From Alphaproteobacteria bacterium (GTDB lineage Bacteria; Pseudomonadota; Alphaproteobacteria; UBA6615): DNA of 64,000 nt. The position numbers and the translations under genes are program-made. Every line of letters starts with the position of its first letter. Position 1 is the stretch's first letter. The notes under the pieces were generated by a model. The model was not told the DNA's origin. It made no database searches and saw nothing but the letters and a program-made list of their open reading frames with translations. Shown here piece after piece: positions 39,830 to 49,526 of the stretch. The DNA is taken from positions 2,426,375 to 2,490,374 of the forward strand of contig OZ244931.1 of the NCBI GenBank assembly GCA_965222215.1, given 5' to 3'.

Positions 39830-40416
39830 TTCAGAGACTCCTCGACGGCTTCGGCTTCGACATCCACCGCCGCTTCATGCTCGAGAGGCGGGAGCCCGAA
39901 CATGCCGCGGACATTGTCGAGCGCCATCAGGGCGAACTGCAGGCCGAGCATGGCGCAACCGACCACGAGAACCAGTCGCTGCGGCCATTCCGGGAACGTG
40001 AACACGCCCGTATTGCCGACAAAGTGTCCGCCCTCATAGGCCTGGATCCACTTCGGCCAACCGCCGATCACGATGGCGAGCATCAGCCCGACACCGGCGA
40101 GATGGAATAGAATACCGAGGAAATTCCCGAACCCCGGCCACTTGGCCAGGATGCGGCCGTAAAACGCATCCGATCGGGTAATTCGGCCGACCTTCAGCGT
40201 ATGCGCAAGCTGCAGGTAGAGGATCGTGACAATCGATATTTCCACAATCTCGGTAACGCCGCTGATCGGTGCGCCGAACACGAATCGCATGGTGATATCG
40301 ACAGTGACGATGATCATCAGGACGAATATCCATCCCGATGCCAGGGCGTTGCTGATCAGGACAATCCAGTCGAATATTCGACGGAGGAGGTCCAGGGGTG
40401 CAATGATTGCGCTCAA
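39826..40416 (-). CDS. dctQ: TRAP transporter small permease
   Basis: 196 aa, 4 TM; 4-nt overlap with dctM. Confidence 0.8.
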   Translation of the reverse strand: MSAIIAPLDLLRRIFDWIVLISNALASGWIFVLMIIVTVDITMRFVFGAPISGVTEIVEISIVTILYLQLAHTLKVGRITRSDAFYGRILAKWPGFGNFLGILFHLAGVGLMLAIVIGGWPKWIQAYEGGHFVGNTGVFTFPEWPQRLVLVVGCAMLGLQFALMALDNVRGMFGLPPLEHEAAVDVEAEAVEESLK

Positions 40417-40497
40417 TGGAAATCGGGGAGCCGCCTTTCGACGGCTCCCTCCCTATTTCGAATTGGAAGTCACAAGGACGACCGATCGCGACGGCGA

Positions 40498-41589
40498 CTA
40501 GTCACGATCCCAGTGGCGAGCGATGGGCTGGTTGTTCGCCCGCATCTCGTCCATCCATGCCTTCAGGATTTCCGTGCCCGGCTGACCGGCCGCGTTCCGC
40601 TCCTCGGCCCACTGCTTGCCAAGCGGCGGCAGGGCCTGGGCCCAGGCATTCCGCTCTTCGGTAGAGGCCTTGGTGACCTTTGTGCCGAATTCCGCCTCGC
40701 AACGGGCAAGACCGGACTTCGCACCCTCATTCACACGCTTCACGTTTTCGGTCACCCAGGCCTTGGTGGCCGCCTGAGCCGCAAGCTGAACTTCTTCCGG
40801 GAGGGTTTCCCAGACGTCCTTGTTGTAGTTCAGCGAGAAGCCGTTCACGCCACCAAGGGTCGCGTCGTAAGCAAACGGCGCCGGCTCACAAAGCTTGAAC
40901 GCGCCGGCACCCTGACGCCACACGATCATGGCTTCATAGATGCCCGTGCTCAGGCTGTTGTAGGCGTCGGCAAGGTTGGTCTGCACACCGGCGGCACCGA
41001 TCGCCAGAACCCACGGAAGGTTCGGACCTGCCGCACCGACCTTGAGACCTTTGACCTGATCAAGACCGGTAATCTGCTTGGCCGACCAGAGCATGTAGTT
41101 GTCGACGGCACCCGTCGGCGCAAGCGCGATCTGGTTGAACTCGTTGATCCAGGTCGACGAATACTGCGGGAAATTGTCGACCATCTTCTGGGTCGTGGCC
41201 GAGATCAGCGCGATGTTATCGCTCGTGAAGGGCGTCTTGAACGAGACGTCGTAGAGCGGAACCTTGTCGGCGTGGAAGGCAGTTACAATAACGCCCATAT
41301 CGCCGAGGCCGGTTTCGACACCTTCGAGCTCACCGCGCGGCTTCACGATCTGGCCGCTGATGCCCTTGTTCCAGTTGATCTTGTAGTTACCGGTCTTCGC
41401 GAGTTCCGCGTCGACAGCCGGCATGTACGCATCGACCAGCGAGCCGATCCAGGTTGCCGGCGGCGGATAACCCGAGATCGCCGTCAGGTTGATGGTTTCC
41501 TGTGCGCTGGCCGGAGCTGTCGCAGCAACCGTTGCGGTCGCAGCGGCGGCAATCGCCAGCATGGTGGTTTTTGAAACTTTGTTGGGCAC
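40498..41589 (-). CDS. TRAP-type periplasmic solute-binding protein, paralog 1 (GTG start, SD 'gggagg')
   Basis: Signal peptide 'TMLAIAAAATATVAATAPASAQE'; ~60% identical to paralog 2; upstream of dctQM. Confidence 0.65.
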   Translation of the reverse strand: MPNKVSKTTMLAIAAAATATVAATAPASAQETINLTAISGYPPPATWIGSLVDAYMPAVDAELAKTGNYKINWNKGISGQIVKPRGELEGVETGLGDMGVIVTAFHADKVPLYDVSFKTPFTSDNIALISATTQKMVDNFPQYSSTWINEFNQIALAPTGAVDNYMLWSAKQITGLDQVKGLKVGAAGPNLPWVLAIGAAGVQTNLADAYNSLSTGIYEAMIVWRQGAGAFKLCEPAPFAYDATLGGVNGFSLNYNKDVWETLPEEVQLAAQAATKAWVTENVKRVNEGAKSGLARCEAEFGTKVTKASTEERNAWAQALPPLGKQWAEERNAAGQPGTEILKAWMDEMRANNQPIARHWDRD

Positions 41590-41784
41590 GTTTTCCTCCC
41601 TGTGCTCAATTATAATTATTCTCCCGAATGGACCATTGCCCATTCAGGGCTTTAGTTCAATTGATCAGAATCCCCGACACGGTCGAAATTTCGTGATCGG
41701 CCATGCGACCTCCCTCGCATGGAACGAACGACGGGGCGCAGTTCAGTAGCCTGCGCCCCGCCGAACTCATAGCCTTCCGCGGGC

Positions 41785-42876
41785 TTACTCGCGATCCCAG
41801 TGGCGTTCGATAGGCTGGTTGGCCGCGCGCATCGCGTCCATATAGGCGCTGAGAACCTGCTTGCCGGGAATGCCCTGGCTTTCGAGATCCTCGGCCCACT
41901 CCTTGGCCGCATTGTTGAGAGCCATGGCCCATTTGGTGCGATCGGCCGCAGGCAGTACGGTCACTTCGGATCCGAACTCGGCCTTACATTTCTCGATACC
42001 CTTCGAAGCGCCATTGACCACGAAGTCGGTCGCAGCCTTCTGGTGGGCCGCTGAAGCCGTTTTGAGTGCATTCCGCACTTCTTCGGGCAGGCTGTCCCAG
42101 ACATCGCGGTTGACCGAGATGTTGTGCGACTGCACCGCGCCAAGGTTACCATCGAGGAAGAACGGTGCCGGCTCACAGAGCTTGAAACCGCCAGCCGCTT
42201 CGGCCCAGAAGATACCGCCTTCGTAGATGCCAGTGGTCATGCTGTTGTAGGCGTCCGCAAGATTGGTCTGCACGCCCGCAGCCCCCAGTGCGGTGACCCA
42301 GGGGAGATTCGCCCCGGCTGCACCGAGTTTCTTGCCCTGGAAGTCTTCCAGCGTCGTGATCTTCTTCGCCGACAGGACCATGTAGTCGTCGACGGCACCG
42401 GTGTTCACGAGATTGACCTGATTGAACTTCTCCCAGCCTTTGGCGAATGCCGGAATCCGTTCTTCGAGCCCGTCGATCGTCTTGACCACGAGCCCCAGGT
42501 CGCTTGAGACGAACGGCGTAACGAAGGTCAGCTTGTACAGCGGAATCTTGTCCGGATGGAAAGCCGTCACGACCGTGCCGAGATCACCGAGACCGGTTTC
42601 GATCCCTTCGAGTTCGCCGCGCGGCTTGACGATCTGGCCGCTCACGCCTTCGTTCCAGTTGATCTTGTAGTTGCCTGTCTTGGCCAGTTCCGCGTTGACG
42701 GCTGGCATGTAAACTTCGACCAGCGCCTTGACCCAGGACGCCACCGGCGGATAGCCGGAAATGGCAGTCAGATTGATAGTTTCCTGCGCGGTGGCCGGCG
42801 ATGTCGCGGCGACCGTGGCACTGACGGCCGCGGCGACGGCTAAAGTCGCCGTTTTCGAGAGTTTGTTAGATGGCAT
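41785..42876 (-). CDS. TRAP-type periplasmic solute-binding protein, paralog 2 (SD 'ggaggaag')
   Basis: Signal peptide 'TATLAVAAAVSATVAATSPATAQE'; tandem duplicate of 40498-41589. Confidence 0.65.
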   Translation of the reverse strand: MPSNKLSKTATLAVAAAVSATVAATSPATAQETINLTAISGYPPVASWVKALVEVYMPAVNAELAKTGNYKINWNEGVSGQIVKPRGELEGIETGLGDLGTVVTAFHPDKIPLYKLTFVTPFVSSDLGLVVKTIDGLEERIPAFAKGWEKFNQVNLVNTGAVDDYMVLSAKKITTLEDFQGKKLGAAGANLPWVTALGAAGVQTNLADAYNSMTTGIYEGGIFWAEAAGGFKLCEPAPFFLDGNLGAVQSHNISVNRDVWDSLPEEVRNALKTASAAHQKAATDFVVNGASKGIEKCKAEFGSEVTVLPAADRTKWAMALNNAAKEWAEDLESQGIPGKQVLSAYMDAMRAANQPIERHWDRE

Positions 42877-42915
42877 TTCGCTTCCTCCACTTAGAACAGT
42901 TAGCCCACTTACGTT

Positions 42916-42931
42916 TTTCACGTATGTGAAA
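42916..42931. promoter_or_regulatory. 16-bp palindrome TTTCAC-GTAT-GTGAAA ~40 nt upstream of the TRAP operon start
   Basis: Perfect inverted repeat in the promoter region; near-identical motif at 49467-49482. Confidence 0.5.
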
Positions 42932-43068
42932 GCCTTTTTTGTATCGCGATGATCGCATGGTGCTGCGAAGCATCGGAAGCGTCAAGCGAAGTGATCTACA
43001 ACACAGTCATGTCGGCATCTCATGAATGATTTAAATCGGTTTGACTTTGATCCCTGTCACGCGAACAA

Positions 43069-45213
43069 ATGGTCGTCATGGCGCACCTGGACCCGATTGA
43101 GAAGTTGCGGATCGGTATCGATATCGGCGGCACGTTCACGGACTGCGTGATCCTGTTCCGGACGGGCGAGCGTCTCACCACGAAGTCGCTCACAACACCC
43201 GACGATCCAGGCCAGGGCGTTATCGACTGCCTCGAGATCGCCGCTGAGCGTCTCGGTGTCGGCTTGCCGGCGATGCTGGCGCAAACGATGACGTTCGTGC
43301 ACGGCACAACGGTCGGGACGAACGCGCTGGCTCAGCGCCGCGGCGCGCGCACGGGGCTGCTGATGACCCGGGGCCATGAAGAGACGGTGACCATCGGCCG
43401 GGTCAAACAGAAGATCACCGGTCTCTCCGAACGGCAGAAGACCCACATCACCCACCTGTCGAAGGCCGACCCGCCGATCGTTGCGCCGGAAGATATTCGC
43501 GCCGTCACGGAACGGATCGACGCGGGCGGCAACATCGTCGTGCCTCTGGATATGGACGATGTCGCGCGCAGCGTCGACGACCTTGTCGCCGGCGGCGTCG
43601 AGGCGCTGGCCGTCTGCCTGTTGTGGTCCTTCGCGCACCCGGAACACGAAGCCCGCATCGCCGAATACGTCCGCGCGAACCATCCCGACCTGTTCCTGTC
43701 GGTGTCGAGCGAGGTCGCGCCGCTGATCGGCGAGTACGAACGCGCCGTCTCGACAATCTTCAACTCCTATATCGGGCCGACGGTCGGGGATTATCTCAAG
43801 CGGCTGGAGACACGGCTCGCCGAAAACGGCATGACCTGTTCACTGCTGGTCATGCAGACCCATGGCGGCCTCTCGACCGTGGACGCCGTGCGCCACCGGC
43901 CCCTGCTGACGGTCGACTCGGGTCCGGCCGGCGGCGTGCTCGGCGGACGGCATTTTATCGACCTGATCGGCGAACAGGACATCGTCTGCGCCGATGTCGG
44001 CGGCACGACCTTCGATGTCGGACTGATCTTCCAGAACCGCGTCCAGATGGACCCGCTGCCGGTAATCGACCGCTACGCCTATCTGACGCCGAAGATTTAC
44101 GTGAAGTCGATCGGCGCGGGCGGCGGTTCCATCGCATGGGTGGACGCCGGGGGTACCTTGCGCGTCGGCCCGCACAGCGCCGGCGCCTTTCCGGGGCCGG
44201 CCTGCTACGGCCGCGGGGGCACGCAGCCGACTGTGACCGATGCGCACGTTGTTCTCGGCTATCTGGACCCCGACCACCCGCTGGGCGGCACGGTCGCGCT
44301 GGACAAGGCGGCGGCCGAAGCGGCGCTGGCAACGGTCGCCGAACCCCTCGGCATGAAAGTCGACGAACTCGCGGCGGGAATCGCGGAAATATCGGCGGCC
44401 CAGATGGCCGACCTGATGCGAAAGGTGACGGTCGAGCGCGGCCTCGACCCGCGCGGCTTTACTGTCTTCGCCTATGGCGGCGCCGGCCCGGTGTTCGCGC
44501 CGTTCATCGCCCGACAAATCGGCGCAAAAACAGCTTACGTTCCGGCGGACTCCGGTATGTTTTCGGCGTTGGGGATGCTGACCACCGATCTCGTCTTCTC
44601 GGAGGAACGCACCGCCGTCGCTTCCCCACCGCTCGATGCAGGCGAACTGGACAGCCTGAACACGCTGCTGGAAACACTGGCCGGACGCGTCCGCGCGCGC
44701 TTCGGTGACGAAGGGTTCGACACCGGCGACATCGAATTCCGCCGCACCGTCGAGATGCGGTTCCGGCTGCAGGTTCACCAACTCGAGATCGACCTGCCGG
44801 AAGATGACATCACTGCCGCGGATATCGAGAAGCTGGCCAAGAAATTCATCGACACCTACGAACAGACCTACGGCGAGAACAGCGCCTATCCCGAAGCGGG
44901 CATGGAACTGGTGAACTATCGCGTTACCGGCACCGTCGCCCTCGAACGCCCCGAGCTTGCGCAGTCAGCCGCCGCGAAGAGCGAAGGCGGTTCGCAAACC
45001 GGCTCGCGCCCGGTCTGCTTCTCGGCGCGCGACGGGTACACCGAGACCGCAGTTTACGCAGGCGAACGGATACGGCCGGGACAGTCGCTCGAGGGCCCCG
45101 CGATCATCCAACGCTTCGGCGACACGGTTGTCCTGCCCCCGAACACCCGGGCCGACATGGACCGGCACGGCGGCCTTGTCGTCACACTGGATAGCCAGGG
45201 ACAGGCGCGATGA
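43069..45213 (+). CDS. hydantoinase A/oxoprolinase-family protein (HyuA/AcxA-like)
   Basis: 714 aa; 'IGIDIGGTFTDCVIL' N-terminus; ATGA overlap with downstream HyuB-like gene. Confidence 0.85.
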   Translation: MVVMAHLDPIEKLRIGIDIGGTFTDCVILFRTGERLTTKSLTTPDDPGQGVIDCLEIAAERLGVGLPAMLAQTMTFVHGTTVGTNALAQRRGARTGLLMTRGHEETVTIGRVKQKITGLSERQKTHITHLSKADPPIVAPEDIRAVTERIDAGGNIVVPLDMDDVARSVDDLVAGGVEALAVCLLWSFAHPEHEARIAEYVRANHPDLFLSVSSEVAPLIGEYERAVSTIFNSYIGPTVGDYLKRLETRLAENGMTCSLLVMQTHGGLSTVDAVRHRPLLTVDSGPAGGVLGGRHFIDLIGEQDIVCADVGGTTFDVGLIFQNRVQMDPLPVIDRYAYLTPKIYVKSIGAGGGSIAWVDAGGTLRVGPHSAGAFPGPACYGRGGTQPTVTDAHVVLGYLDPDHPLGGTVALDKAAAEAALATVAEPLGMKVDELAAGIAEISAAQMADLMRKVTVERGLDPRGFTVFAYGGAGPVFAPFIARQIGAKTAYVPADSGMFSALGMLTTDLVFSEERTAVASPPLDAGELDSLNTLLETLAGRVRARFGDEGFDTGDIEFRRTVEMRFRLQVHQLEIDLPEDDITAADIEKLAKKFIDTYEQTYGENSAYPEAGMELVNYRVTGTVALERPELAQSAAAKSEGGSQTGSRPVCFSARDGYTETAVYAGERIRPGQSLEGPAIIQRFGDTVVLPPNTRADMDRHGGLVVTLDSQGQAR

Positions 45214-47399
45214 GCGAAGCAAAACCCGAAGTCGATGTCGTCACGTTCGAGGTGCTGCGCCACCGGCTGTGGGAACTGAATGACGAAATGGCGCTGATGG
45301 TGGGCCGTATTTCCGGTGCGCCTTCGGTCTACGAATCCGGCGACTTCAACGTCGCGATCCTGACCCCGGACGGACAGGGGCTCTACACCGGCGTTTTCGT
45401 CGTGCGCCAGGCGTCCGCCCTCGACATCGTCGTCCAGAACGTCATCGAGATGTTCGGTGACGACGACATCCACGACGGCGACGCCTTCATGACCAGCGAT
45501 CCATGGTACGGAGCGCTGCACGCCATGGATGCAGCCGTTGTCATGCCGGTCTTCCACAACGGCGAACGCGTCGCGTGGACCGGCGTCGTGGTCCACGAAC
45601 TCGACATGGGCGGCTCGCGCCCGGGAAGCTGGTGCGTCGGCGCGCGCGACGCCTATCAGGAGGTTCCCCTCACCCCGCCGGTGAAGATCGTCGAACAGGG
45701 CAAGGTCCGTCACGACGTGGAGGTCACGTTCCTGCGCAACTCGCGCACGCCGGAAATGAACGCGCTGAACCTGCGCGCGAAGATCGCGGCCCAGAATATG
45801 ACGGGCGAACGCCTGCGCGAGATCATCGACGAGTACGGCCGCGATACCTTCATGGCGGTCCAGCAGCAGATCCTCGACTATGTCGAGCGCTCGATCCGCC
45901 AGCGCCTGTCCGAGCTGCCCGACGGCACGTGGTACGCCAATGCGTTCCTCGACCATGACGGGCTGGCCAACCGGCTCTACCGGCTTCGGCTTGCGCTGAC
46001 GAAATCCGGCGACCAACTGACCTTCGATTTCACCGGCACCGACCCGCAGGCACCCGGCACGATCAACTGTGCATGGTCCGGCCTCGTCGGCGGCATCCTG
46101 CAGGCCGCTTTCCCACTGCTCTGCTACGACATCCCGTGGTCGCACGGCGCGGTGATGCGCTGCATCGACATCGTTTCGCAGGAAGGCACGCTCAACAACG
46201 CGCTTTTCCCCGCGGGAACGAGCATGGCAACAGTCAATGCCTGCCAGTCCACCGGCAATCTCGTCTGGGAGGCCTTCGGCAAGATGTATGGCTGCGGCGA
46301 TGAGATTCTGCGCGAGGAAGTGATGGGGCTGTGTTACGGCGGCGTGAACATGTCGGTCATCGCCGGCAAGCACGGTGACGGCCGTCCCTTCGTGAACATG
46401 TTCACGGATTCGGTCGGCGGCGGTGGTGGGCGGTCCTTCGGCGACGGGATCGACACCTGCGGCAACTTCATCGCGCCGGCCTACGGCATTCCCAATGTGG
46501 AGCGGATCGAGAGCCTGATCCCGATGCTCTACGTCTACCGGCGCGAACGCGAGGAAACGGCCGGCGCGGGCCAGTACCGCGGCGGCGTGGGGCTGGAATA
46601 CATGCTCGTTCCGCACGGCACCGAGGCCGAGATGGAGGCCGTGCTGTTCTCCACCGGCTGCGCCCACATGGAAACCAAGGGCGTGGCCGGCGGGCTGCCC
46701 GGCAGCATCCAGCGCAACGTCGTCCTGCACGATGCCGGCGTGAAGCAGGCCATGGCCGAAGGACGTATCCCCACCAGCCTCGACCAGCTCACACCGGGAG
46801 AAATCGATATCGCCGACGCCAAGGATGTGCGCTGGATTCAGGCGGGCGACGCCTGGCTGTGCCTGTGTACCGGCGGCGGCGGTTACGGCGACCCGCTGCG
46901 ACGCGACCCGGACATGGTCGCGCGCGACGTACGGCGCCGGCTGTGTACTGCCGACGAGGCCGAGCGCCTGTACGGCGTCCTGCTCGGCGCGGACGGCCAG
47001 CCTGACACGGAAGCCACCCACACGCGCCGGGACGAGGTTCGCCGCAAGCGGCTGAAGGAAGGCGACGCTCCTGAATCCTCACAGCGGACAACGAAGTTCA
47101 ATGGCGCGGAGCGGTTTCGGGTCGGCGAAATCCTCGCGGTGCGCGAGGACGAAGACGGACCTGTGCTGGGATGCCGCGAATGCGGCCACGTCTTCGGCCC
47201 GGCCGGTGACGACCCGCGCGCCCGCGCGGTGGTCGTTGAGCGTGAGATCGAGGAACTGTCACCGGTGAATGCCTGGCGCGCCGAAAGCGACGTCGTTTTT
47301 CGGGAATACGCCTGCGCAGGCTGCGGCACGCTGTTCGCCACCGATCTTCAGCTTCGCGCGGAAGACCCGCGCATGCCGGAGATGCACCTGAAGATCTGA
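45210..47399 (+). CDS. hydantoinase B/oxoprolinase-family protein with fused C-terminal Cys-rich (CxxC...CxxC) domain resembling the acetone carboxylase gamma subunit
   Basis: 729 aa: ~570-aa HyuB core plus ~150-aa extension containing 'GCRECGH' and 'CAGCG' pairs (approx. nt 46950-47399). Confidence 0.8.
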   Translation: MSEAKPEVDVVTFEVLRHRLWELNDEMALMVGRISGAPSVYESGDFNVAILTPDGQGLYTGVFVVRQASALDIVVQNVIEMFGDDDIHDGDAFMTSDPWYGALHAMDAAVVMPVFHNGERVAWTGVVVHELDMGGSRPGSWCVGARDAYQEVPLTPPVKIVEQGKVRHDVEVTFLRNSRTPEMNALNLRAKIAAQNMTGERLREIIDEYGRDTFMAVQQQILDYVERSIRQRLSELPDGTWYANAFLDHDGLANRLYRLRLALTKSGDQLTFDFTGTDPQAPGTINCAWSGLVGGILQAAFPLLCYDIPWSHGAVMRCIDIVSQEGTLNNALFPAGTSMATVNACQSTGNLVWEAFGKMYGCGDEILREEVMGLCYGGVNMSVIAGKHGDGRPFVNMFTDSVGGGGGRSFGDGIDTCGNFIAPAYGIPNVERIESLIPMLYVYRREREETAGAGQYRGGVGLEYMLVPHGTEAEMEAVLFSTGCAHMETKGVAGGLPGSIQRNVVLHDAGVKQAMAEGRIPTSLDQLTPGEIDIADAKDVRWIQAGDAWLCLCTGGGGYGDPLRRDPDMVARDVRRRLCTADEAERLYGVLLGADGQPDTEATHTRRDEVRRKRLKEGDAPESSQRTTKFNGAERFRVGEILAVREDEDGPVLGCRECGHVFGPAGDDPRARAVVVEREIEELSPVNAWRAESDVVFREYACAGCGTLFATDLQLRAEDPRMPEMHLKI

Positions 47400-47409
47400 A
47401 CGCGCGCGG

Positions 47410-48396
47410 CTACAGTGCAAACACCGCCCGGGCGTTTGCGGTCCGGATCGCACGGGCCTGGTCGGCGGGCAACGCATCGACCAGCGCATGCAGCGCATCG
47501 ACATCCGCGCCCATCGGCAAATCCGTTCCGAACATCACCTGACCGGGCCCGGAGACCTCGATGCAAAGATTGAGCGCACCGGCGTTGTAAAGAACGGAAT
47601 CGTACCAGATCGCTTCCAGATAGCTGCCCGGCGGACGGTCGATCTTCTTCTCGGCCAGCGTGTCGCGGTCGAAGAACATGTCGATGCGCCCGGCGACATA
47701 GGGCAGGAAACCACCGCCATGGGCGGCGATCAGCCTGATGCCCGGATAGCGGTCTACAAACCCGTCGAGGATCATCCGCGCGACGGCGAGCGTGGTGTCG
47801 TACATGAAGCCGATGCCAGGCATCAGGATGCGTTCGCGGGTGAATTCCGCCTCGCGTGCGCCGAACGGCGCGGCCGGGTGCACAAACACCGGCAGACCGT
47901 GACGGTCGATCGCCTCCCAGGTCGGGGCGAACAGCGGATCGACGAGGTGCTTGCCGGCGATGGTGGCCGTTACCATCACGCCCACCGCGCCGCCGGCGAC
48001 GGCGCGCTCCAGTTCCGCGGGCGCCTTCTCGGGGTACTGCCAGGGCAGCGAGGCGAGCCAGCGAATCCGGCCGGGATGAGCCGTCTGGCCAGCGGCCATG
48101 TCGTCATTGACCCGCCGCGCGGCCTCGGCGCTGATGTCCTCGCCGCCCCAGAACACGTTGGGCGAGGTCAGCGAGACGATGGCGAGATCGATGGCGTAGC
48201 TGTCCATCTGGCGCAGCTTGACATCGTAGTCGAAAGCCTCCGGCTGGAGTACCGACGCAGGCACCCCCTTCTCGACCAGGTATTCCCTGTCATCGGCCAT
48301 GCGCGCGGTGCCGTAATCCGGCCCGCCTTCCGCAATGAGAAGGTCGAGCCAGGCCTGTCCGAAGGCATGGGTGTGGATGTCGATGACCTCCGCCAA
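47410..48396 (-). CDS. amidohydrolase-2 (ACMSD/LigW-like) family protein; TTG start with SD 'gaggagga' (alternative ATG at 48465)
   Basis: 'VIDIHTHAF' N-terminal metal site; family length. Confidence 0.7.
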   Translation of the reverse strand: MAEVIDIHTHAFGQAWLDLLIAEGGPDYGTARMADDREYLVEKGVPASVLQPEAFDYDVKLRQMDSYAIDLAIVSLTSPNVFWGGEDISAEAARRVNDDMAAGQTAHPGRIRWLASLPWQYPEKAPAELERAVAGGAVGVMVTATIAGKHLVDPLFAPTWEAIDRHGLPVFVHPAAPFGAREAEFTRERILMPGIGFMYDTTLAVARMILDGFVDRYPGIRLIAAHGGGFLPYVAGRIDMFFDRDTLAEKKIDRPPGSYLEAIWYDSVLYNAGALNLCIEVSGPGQVMFGTDLPMGADVDALHALVDALPADQARAIRTANARAVFAL

Positions 48397-48496
48397 ATGC
48401 CGATCCTCCTCACTGCGAACCCGGACGCGCCGGTCCGAAAACGAAAACGGGCGGCACCGAAGCACCGCCCGTGGTCTTTGAAAGCCGCCCCGGGGC

Positions 48497-49438
48497 CTAC
48501 TCGGCCGCCTGCGCCAGCAGCGCCTCCGGGCCGAACAGAAGGTCCTTGAGCCACTGCGCCTGCGCGCCGGACACCTTCGCCAGATGTTCGTTGTTCGAGT
48601 ACAAGCTCATATGGTCGACCCCCTCAACAATCGCGAGCTCCTTGTTGGGGCACGGGATCGCGTTGTAGACGTCGATTTCGAGGTCCGCCGAGGTGATGTT
48701 GTCGCCCTTTGCGATCGCCATCATGTAGGGCGTCTCGTAGACGCGCTTGGCATACGGCATCACGTCGTACTGCATCAGCAGTTCGACCGATTCGATCGTG
48801 TTTTCGTGGACGTGAAGCGGCGCCTCGCGCTCCTTGATGTCGTTGAAGATCGTGCAAACATGCGGGAACGGCCAGGCGCTGACTACATTGTCGGGGTCGG
48901 TCGTCGACATGGCGATCATCTGGCTCGGCTCCCCCGCCTGGCGCCGTTCGCGATCCTCGAGGATCAGCTTCTGCAGCGCGGCGAACTTCCGCTCGCCATG
49001 GCAGCGTCGCATGGTCGGGAACCCGTCGACGACCGGCACCACCGACATCGCGAACTTCACGCGGCTGTCGAGTGCCGCCACGCAGACCGCGTGGCCGCCG
49101 GAGTAAGAAATTCCCCACACCCCGATCCGGTCCGTGTCGATATTGTCGAGCGTCTTCGCGTAGGACACCGCGTTGCGGTAGTCCTCGATCTGGTCCCACG
49201 GATTGATGTGCTGGCGCGGCTCGCCGTCGCTCGCACCGAAGCGGCGATAGTCGAACACGAGACAGGCGCAGCCGATCTCGACGAAATCGTCCGCGTAGTA
49301 CGGCATGACGATTTCCTTCACGTAGCACCAGCCGCCGGCCATGACGACCAACGGCGGATTGGTCGCCCCGTCCGGGGTGTACAAGGTGCCGCGAATGGTA
49401 TCGCCACAGGAATTGAACTCTACGTCGCGCGTTTGCAT
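48497..49438 (-). CDS. alpha/beta-fold hydrolase
   Basis: 313 aa; nucleophile elbow 'GISYSGG'; Asp/His-containing C-terminal half. Confidence 0.6.
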   Translation of the reverse strand: MQTRDVEFNSCGDTIRGTLYTPDGATNPPLVVMAGGWCYVKEIVMPYYADDFVEIGCACLVFDYRRFGASDGEPRQHINPWDQIEDYRNAVSYAKTLDNIDTDRIGVWGISYSGGHAVCVAALDSRVKFAMSVVPVVDGFPTMRRCHGERKFAALQKLILEDRERRQAGEPSQMIAMSTTDPDNVVSAWPFPHVCTIFNDIKEREAPLHVHENTIESVELLMQYDVMPYAKRVYETPYMMAIAKGDNITSADLEIDVYNAIPCPNKELAIVEGVDHMSLYSNNEHLAKVSGAQAQWLKDLLFGPEALLAQAAE

Positions 49439-49466
49439 GCGTCTTACTCCCTTTAGCCTTTTGTGT

Positions 49467-49482
49467 TTTCACCTATGTGAAA
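49467..49482. promoter_or_regulatory. 16-bp palindrome TTTCAC-CTAT-GTGAAA ~29 nt upstream of the hydrolase/amidohydrolase operon
   Basis: Same motif as at 42916-42931. Confidence 0.5.
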
Positions 49483-49526
49483 CAGGCACTTACCTCGTTT
49501 CAGCGTGTGCCTGCTTGGATTAACTG

